NCBI GenBank assembly: GCA_963767505.1
Contig: CAVYDV010000008.1
Location: 50,683-114,682 of the forward strand
DNA: 64,000 bases
Origin: an uncultured Thermoleophilia bacterium
GTDB taxonomy: Bacteria > Actinomycetota > Thermoleophilia > UBA2241
Direction: 5' to 3'
The notes beneath the pieces are model-generated. The model did not search any database and had not been told where the DNA came from. It saw nothing but the letters and a program-made list of their open reading frames with translations. Shown piece after piece: positions 12,418 through 27,106 of this stretch (position 1 is the stretch's first letter; each line of letters opens with the position of its first letter). Both the position numbers and the translations under genes were made by a program.

Positions 12418-13276
12418 ATGCACATGAAGCGCGTCATCCCGTGCCTGGACGTGCGCGACGGACGCGTCGTCAAGGGCGTCAACTTCGTGGGGTTGCGGGA
12501 CGCGGGCGATCCCGTCGAGCTGGCTGCCCGCTACGACGCCGAGGGCGCCGACGAGCTCGTCTTCCTCGACATCACCGCCTCTCACGAACGTCGCGACATC
12601 ATCGCCGCACTGGCGTCACGCTGCGCCGAGCAGGTCTTCATCCCGTTCACCATCGGCGGCGGTTTGAGCAGCGTCGAGGACGTGCGACTCATCCTCGCCG
12701 CCGGCGCCGACAAGGTGACCATGAACACGGCGGCCGTCGAGGATCCCGAGCTCGTGCGCCGCTGCGCCGAGCGGTTCGGCGCCCAGTGCATCGTCGTGGC
12801 CATCGACGCCAAGCGCGCAGCGGGCAGCGGGGAGGAGGGCCGCGTCGCCGCGTTGGGAGGTCTACGTGCACGGCGGCCGCACCCCTACCGGCATCGATGC
12901 CGTCGGGTGGGCGGTCAGGGCCGCCGAGCTGGGCGCCGGCGAGTTCATGCTCACGAGCATGGACCGCGACGGCACCATGGACGGCTACGATCTCGAGCTC
13001 ACGCGCGCCGTCGCCCGCGCCGTCGATGTGCCGGTCATCGCCTCGGGAGGGGTCGGGACACTCGAGCATCTCGCAGAGGGCCTACTCGAGGGCGAGGCCG
13101 ACGCCGTCCTTGCCGCCAGCATCTTCCACTACGGCACCTACTCGCTGGCCGAGACGAAGGCCTACCTCTCGGCGCGTGGCATCCCCGTGCGCATCCCGTT
13201 GTCCGGGACGATCTCCGATGCCGCCGAGGGCTCCGGGGGGCCTGCGGGAGCGACGGGCGCCCCACCGCTCAGCTGA
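12418..13276 (+). CDS. hisF: Imidazole glycerol phosphate synthase cyclase subunit (frameshift near 12850)
   Basis: [50 protein letters not shown]. Confidence 0.94.
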
Positions 13277-13288
13277 GCAGGGCAGGCG

Positions 13289-13945
13289 ATGGCTGGCCCC
13301 GAACGCGTGGATCTCGCCGCCCTCGATGGGGCGGGCGCCGCGGCGCTCCCCGCGCGCATTCGCGCCGCGCATCTCGTCTGTTTCCCGACCGACACGGTGT
13401 ATGGAGTCGGAGGCACGCTGACGCCTCGGGTCGGCGACGCGCTGGTCGCGGCCAAGGGGCGCGACCCACGCAAGCCGCTGCAGGTCGTCTTCTCGTCGCT
13501 GGCCATGCTCGAGGCTGAGGTGCGCCCTGCTCCGCGGCTTCTGGCAGTCTGCCGGGCGTTGCTGCCGGCGCCGCTGACCCTGGTGCTGCCGTACCCGCCG
13601 GGATGGACGTTTCCGCCCGTGACCGCGACGCTCGGCGTGCGCGTGCCGGAGTGGCCCGCGGCCGCGCGTCGTCTGGAGGCGCTGGAGTTCCCGCTGGTCG
13701 CGTCCAGCGCGAACCCGAGCGGCGCCCCTCCGCCGGCTTCTCTCGACGAAGTCGACCAAGGTCTGCTGGCACGTTGCGATCTGGTGCTCGACGCCGGGCC
13801 CGTGGTCGGTGTCGCCTCCACCGTCGTGGACTTCGCTGAGTACACGGAGACCGGACGCTGGCGCGTGCTGCGCGCCGGCGCCCTCACTGAATCCGAGGTC
13901 GCGGCCCGCGTGGCGACGACCGTGGGAAAGGAGTCATTGCCGTGA
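13289..13945 (+). CDS. tsaC: Threonylcarbamoyl-AMP synthase (TsaC/YrdC type)
   Basis: [31 protein letters not shown]. Confidence 0.88.
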   Translation: MAGPERVDLAALDGAGAAALPARIRAAHLVCFPTDTVYGVGGTLTPRVGDALVAAKGRDPRKPLQVVFSSLAMLEAEVRPAPRLLAVCRALLPAPLTLVLPYPPGWTFPPVTATLGVRVPEWPAAARRLEALEFPLVASSANPSGAPPPASLDEVDQGLLARCDLVLDAGPVVGVASTVVDFAEYTETGRWRVLRAGALTESEVAARVATTVGKESLP

Positions 13946-14826
13946 GGACCTTGCGCTTCCACCAGGTCGACGTGTTCGCCGACCAGCCCTTGACAGGCAA
14001 TCCCCTGGCCGTCTTCACGTCGGCCGACGGCCTGTCCACCGATCAGATGCAGGCCATCGCTCGCGAGATGAACCTCTCGGAGACGACCTTCGTCATGGCC
14101 GCCGTAGCCGCTGGCGACGCTCGTGTGCGCATCTTCACGCCCGTCGCGGAGCTGCCCTTCGCCGGACATCCCACGGTCGGCACGGCCTGTGAGCTGGTGC
14201 GCCTCGGACACGTTGAGGCGGTCGAGCCGGTGACACGTGTCGTGCTCGAACTCGATGCGGGTCCGACCGTGGTAGAGGTGAACGTTCGCGAAGGGCTGCC
14301 CGTGGCGGCCACCGTGCACCAGGGGCCGCCACGCTTCGGGTCGCAGGTCGCTCCGCAGGAGGCCGCCGCGGTCCTTCGGCTGGCGACCTCCGACTTGCAT
14401 CCGGACCTCCCGCCGACGACCGTGGGCACCGCCCTCAACTACACGATCATCCCGCTCCTTTCCACGGAGGCGCTCGCGCGCGTGGCTCCCGACATGCAGA
14501 TCCTTGAGCCCTTCGAGGACGCCCACGCCGAGGTCTACCCCTGCGCGTTCACCGGCGTCACGGACCCCTGGGTCGAGGCGCGCGGTCTCTTCCCGCTGCT
14601 CGGCATACCCGAGGATCCCGCCACCGGAAGCGCCGCTGGACCACTGGCCGCGTACATGGCGCGCGCCGGCCTGCTGTCGCCGCAAGAGGAGCGCGTCGTG
14701 CTGCAGGGCCAGCACGTGGGCCGGCCCAGTCGTCTCACCGTGAGCGTGAGCCCCGGCCTCGCCGACGTCCTGGTGGGAGGCGCGGTGCAGCTCGTCGCTC
14801 GGGGCGAACTGTACCTGCCGGGCTGA
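13942..14826 (+). CDS. PhzF family isomerase/epimerase
   Basis: VDVF...GNPLAV, AREMNLSETTF, RIFTPVAELPFAGHPT, EDPATGSA. Confidence 0.9.
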   Translation: MRTLRFHQVDVFADQPLTGNPLAVFTSADGLSTDQMQAIAREMNLSETTFVMAAVAAGDARVRIFTPVAELPFAGHPTVGTACELVRLGHVEAVEPVTRVVLELDAGPTVVEVNVREGLPVAATVHQGPPRFGSQVAPQEAAAVLRLATSDLHPDLPPTTVGTALNYTIIPLLSTEALARVAPDMQILEPFEDAHAEVYPCAFTGVTDPWVEARGLFPLLGIPEDPATGSAAGPLAAYMARAGLLSPQEERVVLQGQHVGRPSRLTVSVSPGLADVLVGGAVQLVARGELYLPG

Positions 14827-14832
14827 TAGAAT
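14824..14832 (+). promoter_or_regulatory. Extended -10 promoter (TGaTAGAAT) upstream of rpiB-glyA
   Basis: TG-n-TAGAAT overlapping the phzF stop. Confidence 0.5.
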
Positions 14833-14928
14833 CGGCCTGTCGTGAGATGCTCCCGCGCCCTCGCGCCGGCCGCTCGCAGGGCCGGTCGCGATAGCGTGGC
14901 CGCCGGAACTCGAACGAGGGAGCTGGCC

Positions 14929-15378
14929 TTGAAGATCGCCGCAGGCGCCGATCATGCTGGGTACGTCGTCAAGAATTCGGTGGTGCGCCGCCTGCGTTCA
15001 CAGGGGTATCAGGTCGTCGACGTCGGCGTCGATTCGGGCGACATCTCGGTGGACTACCCCACCTACGCTCACCGTGTGGCCGACCAGGTGGCGAGGGGTG
15101 AGGTCGACCGTGGCCTTCTGGTGTGTGGCACGGGTCTCGGCGTCTGTATGGCCGCCAATCGACACGAAGGCGTGCGCGCCGCGGCCTGTACTTCGCCGCA
15201 CCTGGCCGAGATGTCGCGGAGGCACAACGACGCGAACGTGCTCTGCCTTGCCGGGCGTGTGCTGAGCGAGGACGAGGCATGGGCGATCACCCAGGTCTGG
15301 ATGGCGACAGCGTTCGAGGGTGGGCGGCACGAACACCGGGTGCAGCTCATCGAGATCGGCGACGAGGCCTCCCAGTGA
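14929..15378 (+). CDS. rpiB: Ribose-5-phosphate isomerase B
   Basis: [41 protein letters not shown]; TTG start with GAGGGAG. Confidence 0.92.
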   Translation: MKIAAGADHAGYVVKNSVVRRLRSQGYQVVDVGVDSGDISVDYPTYAHRVADQVARGEVDRGLLVCGTGLGVCMAANRHEGVRAAACTSPHLAEMSRRHNDANVLCLAGRVLSEDEAWAITQVWMATAFEGGRHEHRVQLIEIGDEASQ

Positions 15379-16643
15379 GCCCGGTGGGCCGCGAGTGGCG
15401 TCGCGAGCCGCTCTACCATCTCGACCCGCAGCTCAACGAGCTCCTGCGCTCTGAGCTCACCCGCCAGCAGGAGACTCTCGAGCTCATCGCCAGCGAGAAC
15501 TTCGCCAGCCGCGCCGTACTCGAGGCGACGGGCTCGGTGCTTACGAACAAGTATGCGGAGGGCCTGCCGGGGGCGCGCTACTACGGCGGCTGCGAAATCG
15601 TCGACCAGGTGGAGACGCTGGCCATCGACCGCTGCAAGGCCCTGTTCGGCGCCGAGCATGTGAACGTGCAGCCGCACTCCGGCTCCTCCGCCAATCTTGC
15701 GGCGCTGTTCGCGCTGCTCGAGCCGGGCGACACGCTGATGGCCATGGAGTTGACTCACGGCGGTCATCTGACGCACGGCCTGAACATCAACTACTCCGGA
15801 CGCACCTACGACGTGGTTCCCTATCACGTGCGCCCCGACACTGAGATCGTCGACCTCGATGAGGTGCGCTCGCTGGCGCTCAAACACCGGCCCAAGCTCA
15901 TCATCTGCGGCTACAGCTCGTACCCGCGGATGGTCGACTTCGCCGCATTCCGCGAGATCGCCGACGAGGTGGGCGCCCTGCTGCTCGCCGACATCGCGCA
16001 CATCGCCGGTCTGATCGCCGCGGGCGTGCATCCCAACCCCGTGCCCTACTGCGATGTGGTGACGAGCACGACGCACAAGACATTGACCGGGCCGCGTGCC
16101 GGACTCATCATGTGCCGCGCGGAGTATGGCAGGGCCATAGACCGCGCCGTCTTCCCGGGAATGCAGGGCGGACCGCTCATGCACGTGATCGCGGCCAAGG
16201 CCGTGTGCCTGCGCATCGCCGCCAGCGAGGAGTTCCGGCGGCTGCAGCAGCAGATCGTCGCGAACTGCGCCGTGCTGGCCGAGACCCTCGCCGCCGGCGG
16301 TCTGCGCCTCGTCTCCGGCGGCACCGATGTGCACCTGGCGCTCGTCGATTTGCGCAGCACGGGCCTCAACGGCCTGCAGTGTCAGGAACTCCTCGAGCGC
16401 GTGAACATCACAGCCAATCGCAACGTCGTGCCTTTCGAGGCCAGCTCGTTCAACGTGGCCAGCGGGCTCCGCGTCGGGTCTCCGGCGGTGACGACCCGTG
16501 GCTTCATGGAGGCGGAGATGCGCAAGACCGGCGAGCTGATGCTGCGCGCTCTGGAGCAGAGGGATGATGACGCCGCTCTCGACGAGATCCGCCGCGAGGT
16601 CGTCGAGCTGCTCGATCACTTCCCGCTCTACGAGTTCCTGTGA
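15375..16643 (+). CDS. glyA: Serine hydroxymethyltransferase
   Basis: [49 protein letters not shown]. Confidence 0.96.
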   Translation: MSPVGREWRREPLYHLDPQLNELLRSELTRQQETLELIASENFASRAVLEATGSVLTNKYAEGLPGARYYGGCEIVDQVETLAIDRCKALFGAEHVNVQPHSGSSANLAALFALLEPGDTLMAMELTHGGHLTHGLNINYSGRTYDVVPYHVRPDTEIVDLDEVRSLALKHRPKLIICGYSSYPRMVDFAAFREIADEVGALLLADIAHIAGLIAAGVHPNPVPYCDVVTSTTHKTLTGPRAGLIMCRAEYGRAIDRAVFPGMQGGPLMHVIAAKAVCLRIAASEEFRRLQQQIVANCAVLAETLAAGGLRLVSGGTDVHLALVDLRSTGLNGLQCQELLERVNITANRNVVPFEASSFNVASGLRVGSPAVTTRGFMEAEMRKTGELMLRALEQRDDDAALDEIRREVVELLDHFPLYEFL

Positions 16644-17134
16644 GTGAGAGCGCCGATCACCGACCGCGTCCTGAGGGGGCGTCCAGTCGCAGACCGAGCT
16701 GGCACGAGTACTTCCTCCAGCTGGCAGTCCAGGCGGCGACGCGTTCCACGTGTCTTCGCCGTCAGGTCGGCGCCGTGCTCGTGCGCGACAAGCGCGTACT
16801 GGCGACCGGCTACAACGGCGCCCCCAGGGGCGTCGCGCACTGTCTCGACGTCGGCTGCCTGCGTGACCAGCTCGGCATCCCGTCCGGCGAGCGCCACGAG
16901 CTCTGTCGAGCCATTCATGCCGAACAGAACGCCATCATCCAGGCGGCCGTTCACGGCGTCGCCATCGATGGGGCCATCCTGTACTGCACCCATCAGCCTT
17001 GCGTCCTCTGCGCGAAGATGTTGATCAACTGTGGCGTCAGAGAGGTCCACTTCATCGAGGGATACCCTGACGAGCTTTCTCTGGCGTTGATCGAGGAGGC
17101 CGGAGTGATGCTGCAACGGGAGGAACTGCCATAG
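16640..17134 (+). CDS. Cytidine/deoxycytidylate deaminase family protein
   Basis: [32 protein letters not shown] zinc motif. Confidence 0.9.
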   Translation: MSESADHRPRPEGASSRRPSWHEYFLQLAVQAATRSTCLRRQVGAVLVRDKRVLATGYNGAPRGVAHCLDVGCLRDQLGIPSGERHELCRAIHAEQNAIIQAAVHGVAIDGAILYCTHQPCVLCAKMLINCGVREVHFIEGYPDELSLALIEEAGVMLQREELP

Positions 17135-17148
17135 GGGGTCCTCTCAGC

Positions 17149-18228
17149 ATGTCGAGCCCGCTGAGCTCGGCCGTGCTGGGGTTGGTGATCGCCGGCGCGA
17201 TCGTGTACGTGCTCACACCGTTGATGGGCCGTCTTGCGCGACGCACCGGTGTGGTCGACACGCCCAGCGACGATCGTCGCATGCACGACCTCGCGACGCC
17301 GCTGCTCGGCGGCCTCGGCATGTACATCGGGTGGTTGGTCGCCGTCATGCTCCTGGTGTCCGTCGACCGCCCCGTCTGGGGCATCATCGGGGGCGCCACG
17401 ATCGTCGTCGCCGTGGGCCTCTTCGACGATCTCTACGAACTCGAGCCCATCGTCAAGCTCTTCGGTCAACTGTTGGCCATCGGCGTGGCCATGTACTTCG
17501 ACATCCGGGTGACTCGCATCGGCGTGCCGTTCACCGACACGATGCTGTACCTTCCGACCATCGCCTCGATCCTCTTCACCACTTTCTGGATGGCGATGAT
17601 CATCAACATGGTGAACTTCATCGACGGTCTCGATGGGCTCGCCGCCGGCGTGTGTGGCATCGCCGCCGTCACGTTCTCAATCATCGCACTGAGCACGCAT
17701 TTCCCCGCAATGGGCATCCTCGCGGCGGTGCTTGCCGGGGCGACGTTCGCCTTCCTGCGCTTCAACTTCCACCCGGCCAGCATCTTCATGGGCGACGCCG
17801 GCTCGATGCTGCTGGGCTTCGTGCTCGCCTGCATCAGCGTTCAGTCGGTGATGAAGGGCACGGCGGCCATCGCGCTCATACTGCCGCTGCTGGTCCTCGG
17901 CGTGCCGTTCATCGACCTGTCTCTCATCGTGTGGAGGCGCTGGCGGCGCGGCGTGCCCTTCTACTCACCCGGTCAGGACCACGTCCATCACGACCTCGTC
18001 CTCGTGCACGGCTTCTCGCAGCGCAAGAGCGTCCTGCTCCTCTACTCGTGGTGTCTCCTCCTCAGCGGCCTGGCGATCGCCATGCAGCGGGAGAACCGGC
18101 TTGCCACCATCATCCTGGGGGTGGCGGCGGGCGTCGCCACCGCCTACATGGCCAAACTGCTGAGTCGCTACCGCTCGCGCCGTCTCGGAGCGCTCGGCGC
18201 GGAGCCGCCCGACGGCGCCGAGGGGTGA
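17149..18228 (+). CDS. wecA: Undecaprenyl-phosphate GlcNAc-1-phosphate transferase (MraY/WecA/TagO family)
   Basis: P.LGGL, GLFDD, NMVNFIDGLDGL, FNFHPASIFMGDAG, DHVHH; multi-TM. Confidence 0.88.
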   Translation: MSSPLSSAVLGLVIAGAIVYVLTPLMGRLARRTGVVDTPSDDRRMHDLATPLLGGLGMYIGWLVAVMLLVSVDRPVWGIIGGATIVVAVGLFDDLYELEPIVKLFGQLLAIGVAMYFDIRVTRIGVPFTDTMLYLPTIASILFTTFWMAMIINMVNFIDGLDGLAAGVCGIAAVTFSIIALSTHFPAMGILAAVLAGATFAFLRFNFHPASIFMGDAGSMLLGFVLACISVQSVMKGTAAIALILPLLVLGVPFIDLSLIVWRRWRRGVPFYSPGQDHVHHDLVLVHGFSQRKSVLLLYSWCLLLSGLAIAMQRENRLATIILGVAAGVATAYMAKLLSRYRSRRLGALGAEPPDGAEG

Positions 18229-18298
18229 GGACCCCGCCCGGTGGAGGCCATGTCGGGAGGGGACACCCGTGCCTGACGGAGCACGCGCGTCTGGCGTG

Positions 18299-18327
18299 TT
18301 GCTTGCATTTGTGACGGAAGGTATAGT
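18299..18327 (+). promoter_or_regulatory. Sigma-A-type promoter TTGCTT-N17-TATAGT at head of atp operon
   Basis: Correct 17-nt spacing, but the -10 abuts the GTG at 18328 (see findings). Confidence 0.45.
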
Positions 18328-18546
18328 GTGACCCCAGAGCGCCAGAAGGACGGACGAAACGAGCGTCGCAAGTCGACCACTTCGGCTGAGACGGTTGCCT
18401 TCATGGTGCTGGGGGGGATTGTCACGGGTCTTGGCCTGGGGGCCGGGATAGACAGGCTCATAGGCACCCTACCTTTGGTGACGGTGATCGGCGTATTCGC
18501 CGGTTTCGCGCTGGCGCTCTATGCAATCTACCTTGAGACGAAGTGA
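18328..18546 (+). CDS. AtpZ/AtpQ-like small membrane protein
   Basis: Two TM helices with GLGAGIDRLIGTLP motif; first gene of the atp cluster. Confidence 0.75.
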   Translation: MTPERQKDGRNERRKSTTSAETVAFMVLGGIVTGLGLGAGIDRLIGTLPLVTVIGVFAGFALALYAIYLETK

Positions 18547-18553
18547 CACGTAG

Positions 18554-18949
18554 ATGGGGAGGGCTCTCATTCGTTCGCGACTCGTTGCGCCGGTCGTGCT
18601 CAGTGCGGTGATCGTGCTGTGCGCCGTGACGGCCGCACTTCTCGACCGCCCGGTCTGGGCGGCCGTCGTCGGAGCCTCTCTCGGTCTGGCCTACTGGGCG
18701 CTTGAGGCCATCACCTTGCGGGTCGGCGCCATGGTGCCCCTCGCGGCGTCGGTCGGAGTGGCGCTGGCCGGGATGGTGCTGCGCTTCGTCGTCGTACTCG
18801 GCGTGCTCGTGCTGGTCGCCATGCTATGGCGACCGGAGTTCGCGACGACGGTGTTTGCGTTCGTCGCCTCATTCACCATCTATCTGGGCGTGCGTGTGTC
18901 CACCTTTCCGCTCGTCCGCGGGCCAGTGGGGACGGTGAGAGTTCAATGA
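18554..18949 (+). CDS. atpI: ATP synthase protein I (4-TM)
   Basis: Hydrophobic 131 aa directly before atpB. Confidence 0.7.
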   Translation: MGRALIRSRLVAPVVLSAVIVLCAVTAALLDRPVWAAVVGASLGLAYWALEAITLRVGAMVPLAASVGVALAGMVLRFVVVLGVLVLVAMLWRPEFATTVFAFVASFTIYLGVRVSTFPLVRGPVGTVRVQ

Positions 18950-19909
18950 GGAAGGGCAAGCTGCTGATTGGGCTGGTGGTCTCCATCGTCGTCGTGATGG
19001 CCGTGGCGTTCGCTCCCGGCATGGGACAAACGTTCCTGACCGGTGCGCCTGTGCTGGCTTCCGAGACGACGGAGCACAGCACCGCTGAGGAGGCGGGCGA
19101 CCACGCCGCCGAGTCCGGTGGAGCCGAACACGAGGAGGAGGGCGTCGATGTCGGCGCCGAGTTCGAGCTCGAGCCCCTCATCTCGATCCCCCCCATCGGC
19201 CCCTTCGATCTCTCGATCACCAAGGCCGTTGTCTATCTCTGGCTTTCGGTGGCTCGCCATCATCATCGGCGTGATCATCCTCCGTCGCAGCCTCAACAAC
19301 ACCGGCGGTCGCGTGTTCGCTCTCTTCGAGGGCCTGTACGATCTCGCCCGGCAGGGCATCGTCAATTCCGTCATGCGCAAGGGCCAGGGAACGTGGTTCC
19401 CGTACATCGCCGGCGTCTTCTTCTTCATCTTCATCTCGAACCTCATCGGTCTCATCCCGATGCCCTTCGGCCATCATCAAGGCCTCGCGTACTATGGCGC
19501 CACCGCCAACCTCTACGTCACGGCCGCGCTCGCCCTCTGCACGTTCGTGCTCACGCACTACGCAGGCATTCGGGCCAAGGGCGTCGGCGGCTACTTCAAG
19601 GGCATGGTGATCCCGAGCGCTCCGCCTGTCCTCAAGCAGATGCTCTTCGTTCTGCACCTCATCAGCGAGATCTTCCGCTTCGTCTCGCTCTCCGTCCGTC
19701 TCTTCGCCAATATCGTTGCCGGCCACGCCATCCTGGCGGTGTTCTACGCCATGGCGGTGGTCTTCTCCATGTGGGCGACCTCGATCGCCCTGCAGGGCGC
19801 CTCCGTCGCGCTCTACCTGTTCGAGATCTTCGTCGCCTTCATCCAGGCGTTCATCTTTGCCATTCTCTCCGCCATCTACATCGGCGGGGCGCTGGAAGAA
19901 GAGCACTAG
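18946..19909 (+). CDS. atpB: F0 subunit a with long N-terminal extension (frameshift near 19250)
   Basis: FIFISNLIGLIP, TANLYVT, SLSVRLFANIVAGH (essential Arg), FIQAFIFAILSAIYI. Confidence 0.93.
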
Positions 19910-19960
19910 CAAACTGTGCTGCGGAAGCAGCGGGAGAGAGTCGACCAAGGGGGTCACTGA

Positions 19961-20191
<231 letters not shown>

Positions 20192-20243
20192 ACGGGCATG
20201 ACGGCACTGCCAACGGACGACGTGCGAAAGGAGGTGGCCCAGC

Positions 20244-20753
20244 ATGCTTGAGTCCCAGCTAGGTCTCTCGATCTGGACGCTCATTACCTTCATCATCGCC
20301 GTGTTCGTCCTGTGGAAGTACGCTTTCGGGCCGATCCAGCGCGTGATCGACGAGCGGCGGGCGAGCATCCAGAACAGCATGGATGTGGCGGAAGAGACTC
20401 GCGTCGAGGCGGCGCGTCTGCTCGAGGAGTACAAGGCGACGCTGGCCAAGGTGCGCAGCGAGGCCGAGGAGATCCTCGAGCGCTCACGCACCACCGGCGA
20501 GAGCGCCAAGGCCGAGATCATGGCCGAGGCGCGCACGCAGGCTGATCGCGTGCTGACACAGGCGAACGAGCAGATCGAGCGCGATACGAAAGCCGCCCTG
20601 CGCGAGCTCAAGGGTCAGATCGCGGATCTCACGGCACTGGCTACGGAGAAGGTGACCGTGCGCAGCCTCACGGAGGCCGACCAGACGCGACTCATCGACG
20701 AGGCGCTGGCCGAGCTACGAATCGAAGAACTCGGTCTGGAGAACAAGGGTTGA
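20244..20753 (+). CDS. atpF: F0 subunit b
   Basis: N-terminal TM, LWKYAFGPI..VIDERR, long coiled coil. Confidence 0.93.
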   Translation: MLESQLGLSIWTLITFIIAVFVLWKYAFGPIQRVIDERRASIQNSMDVAEETRVEAARLLEEYKATLAKVRSEAEEILERSRTTGESAKAEIMAEARTQADRVLTQANEQIERDTKAALRELKGQIADLTALATEKVTVRSLTEADQTRLIDEALAELRIEELGLENKG

Positions 20754-21303
20754 GCACAGAGCAAGTCGCACGCGTCTACGCCAGAGCTCTGTTCGATGCG
20801 GCGAGTGAGGCGAACGCCGTCGAGGCCGTGCGTGAGGACCTCGACGCATTCGTGACGGCGCTGGCGTCGTCCTCTCCGCTGCGAGACGTGCTCGCCGACC
20901 CCCAGATCGACTTGAGCTCCAAGCAGCGAGTAGTCGCCGAGATCACCCGCACGGGGCAGCCGCTCGTGGCGAACACGCTCCAGCTGCTCCTGGAGCGAGG
21001 GCGGGCCACCATGCTCGGCGAGTTGAACGACGCCTACGGAGCCCTTGCCGCTGAGGCGGCTGGGCTGGTCAAGGTCGACGTCACCTCCGCGATCGAGCTC
21101 GGTCCCGAGGCGAGCAAGCAGATAGTCGCGCGGGTCGAAGAGGTGACCGGCCGCCGAGTCGAGCTCACTCAGCGTGTCGATCCCGGCATCATCGGAGGGC
21201 TTGTCCTCCAAGTCGGCGATGTGTTCGTCGACAGTAGTTTGCAGGCGCGTATCCGCCAGCTGCGCCGCCGGCTGGCTACGGCAGAACTGAGAGGGGAAAT
21301 GGA

Positions 21304-21307
<4 letters not shown>
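20750..21307 (+). CDS. atpH: F1 subunit delta
   Basis: [29 protein letters not shown]. Confidence 0.92.
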
Positions 21308-22908
<1,601 letters not shown>

Positions 22909-22909
22909 C

Positions 22910-25251
<2,342 letters not shown>

Positions 25252-25259
25252 GGCCGATC

Positions 25260-25694
25260 GTGGCCGACGGACGCGCACTGCAGGTCGAGGTCGTCACTCC
25301 CGACGGCGAGGTCTATCGCGACGAGGCCGTCATGGCGGTCCTGCCCGGCGTCGATGGCGAGATGGGGGTGCTGCCGCGCCACGAGCCGCTGGTGACCCTC
25401 CTGCGCGTTGGCGAAACGCGGCTGCAGAAGGCCGACGGTACGTGGGAGTACGTGGCGACGGGTGTCGGCTACGCTCAGGTGCTCTTCGACACGGTCTTCG
25501 TCGTGGTCGATCATGGCGAGCGCGCCGGGGCGATCGACATCGCGCGCGCCGAAGCGGCTCAGGAGCGCAACCAAGAGCGCCTGAAGGCACGCTCCGACCC
25601 GGGAGAGCAGGCGGAGGTCGACTACTACCGCGCCGAGGAGGCCTTGCGGCGTGCCGAGAACCGGTTGAACGTAGCTCGACGCCGTGGCAGTTGA
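25260..25694 (+). CDS. atpC: F1 subunit epsilon
   Basis: VEVVTPDG, GEMGVLPRHEPL, IDIARAEAA. Confidence 0.93.
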   Translation: MADGRALQVEVVTPDGEVYRDEAVMAVLPGVDGEMGVLPRHEPLVTLLRVGETRLQKADGTWEYVATGVGYAQVLFDTVFVVVDHGERAGAIDIARAEAAQERNQERLKARSDPGEQAEVDYYRAEEALRRAENRLNVARRRGS

Positions 25695-25736
25695 TTCCCG
25701 GGCCCGCCCGGGCTGGCTCGTGCCGGTGATCGCTTT

Positions 25737-27082
25737 GTGGACCGGTTGACGGTAGAGGATGCTCGCCTGCTGGTAGGCGGCGGCCGCCGCCTGACCGGCG
25801 AGGTGGCTCTCTCGGGCGCCAAGAACTCGGTGCTCAAGCTGCTGGCGGCCGCCCTGCTCACCGACGAGCCGTGCCGCCTGCGGCGTGTGCCGCGCATCGC
25901 AGACGTCGCGACCATGGTCGCGATGCTGCGCGCTTTGGGCGCGGAGGTCACGGAGGCAGATGGCGGGCTGACCGTTCGTGCGGGCCCCGGGCTGAACGGC
26001 TGCGCCCCCTACGAACTCGTGCGCACGATGCGCGCCAGTATCATCGTCATGGGACCGCTGGTCGCTCGCCTGGGCGAGGCGACGATCGCAATGCCCGGCG
26101 GCTGCAACATCGGGCCACGGAGCATCGACTTCCACCTCCGTGGGCTTGAGAAGCTGGGGGCGACCGTGGAGATGGACCACGGCTTCATCCGGGTCCACAG
26201 CCAGCGCCTGAAGGGCGCCGTGGTCTCGCTGGACTACCCAAGCGTAGGAGCGACGGAGAATCTCGTCATGGCGGCCACGGCTGCCGAGGGCGAGACAGTC
26301 ATCGAGAATGCCGCGCGCGAGCCCGAGATCATCGACCTCTGCGAGTTCCTCGCAGGCATGGGCGCGGTGATCGAGGGAGGTGGCACGAGCACGCTGCGGA
26401 TCGAGGGCGGGCACTCACTGCACGGCGTCGAGCACGAAGTGATCGCGGATCGCATCGAGGCGGGGACCTATCTCATCATGGGGGCCGCCACCGGCGGGGT
26501 CGTTACGACCGTCGGTCTCGAGCCACGCCATCTGGAGCTCTTTCTCGGCAAGCTGCGTGCGATGGGTGTGCAGGTGACGGAGGGCGCAGGGGCGCATCAC
26601 CGTGCGGCGTGATGGCCCCCTGACTCCGACCGATGTGTCGACGTTGCCCCACCCCGGCTTCGCGACGGACTTGCAGGCGCAGACCATGGTGCTTCTGTCG
26701 CTCGCCGAAGGGACTTCCATCGTGACGGAGAACGTGTTCGAGAACCGCTTCGTAGTCGTGGACGAGCTCAATCGGCTTGGGGCCGGAATCAGCCCGAGTG
26801 GGCATCACGCTGTGGTGGCCGGGCCTCGGCAGCTGACGCGGCACGGTCGTCGAGGCCCCGGACCTGCGCGGCGGAGCCGCGCTGGTGACGGCCGGCTTGG
26901 TCGCCGACGGGCTCACCGAGATCCGTGCGATCCACCACATCGATCGCGGGTACGAGGACCTGACAGGGAAGCTCAGCAGTCTCGGCGCCAGCGTGACGCG
27001 CACGGGGCCAGATGAGCGAACCTTCGCGGGGGCGGAGGCGTCTCCAGGGACGTGCGGGGACGACGTGGTACGCGGCGCCTGA
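25737..27082 (+). CDS. murA: UDP-GlcNAc 1-carboxyvinyltransferase (frameshifts near 26590 and 26830)
   Basis: [22 protein letters not shown] (active-site Cys), [24 protein letters not shown]. Confidence 0.93.
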
Positions 27083-27106
27083 GACAGGCGCATCCGACGG
27101 AGCAGC

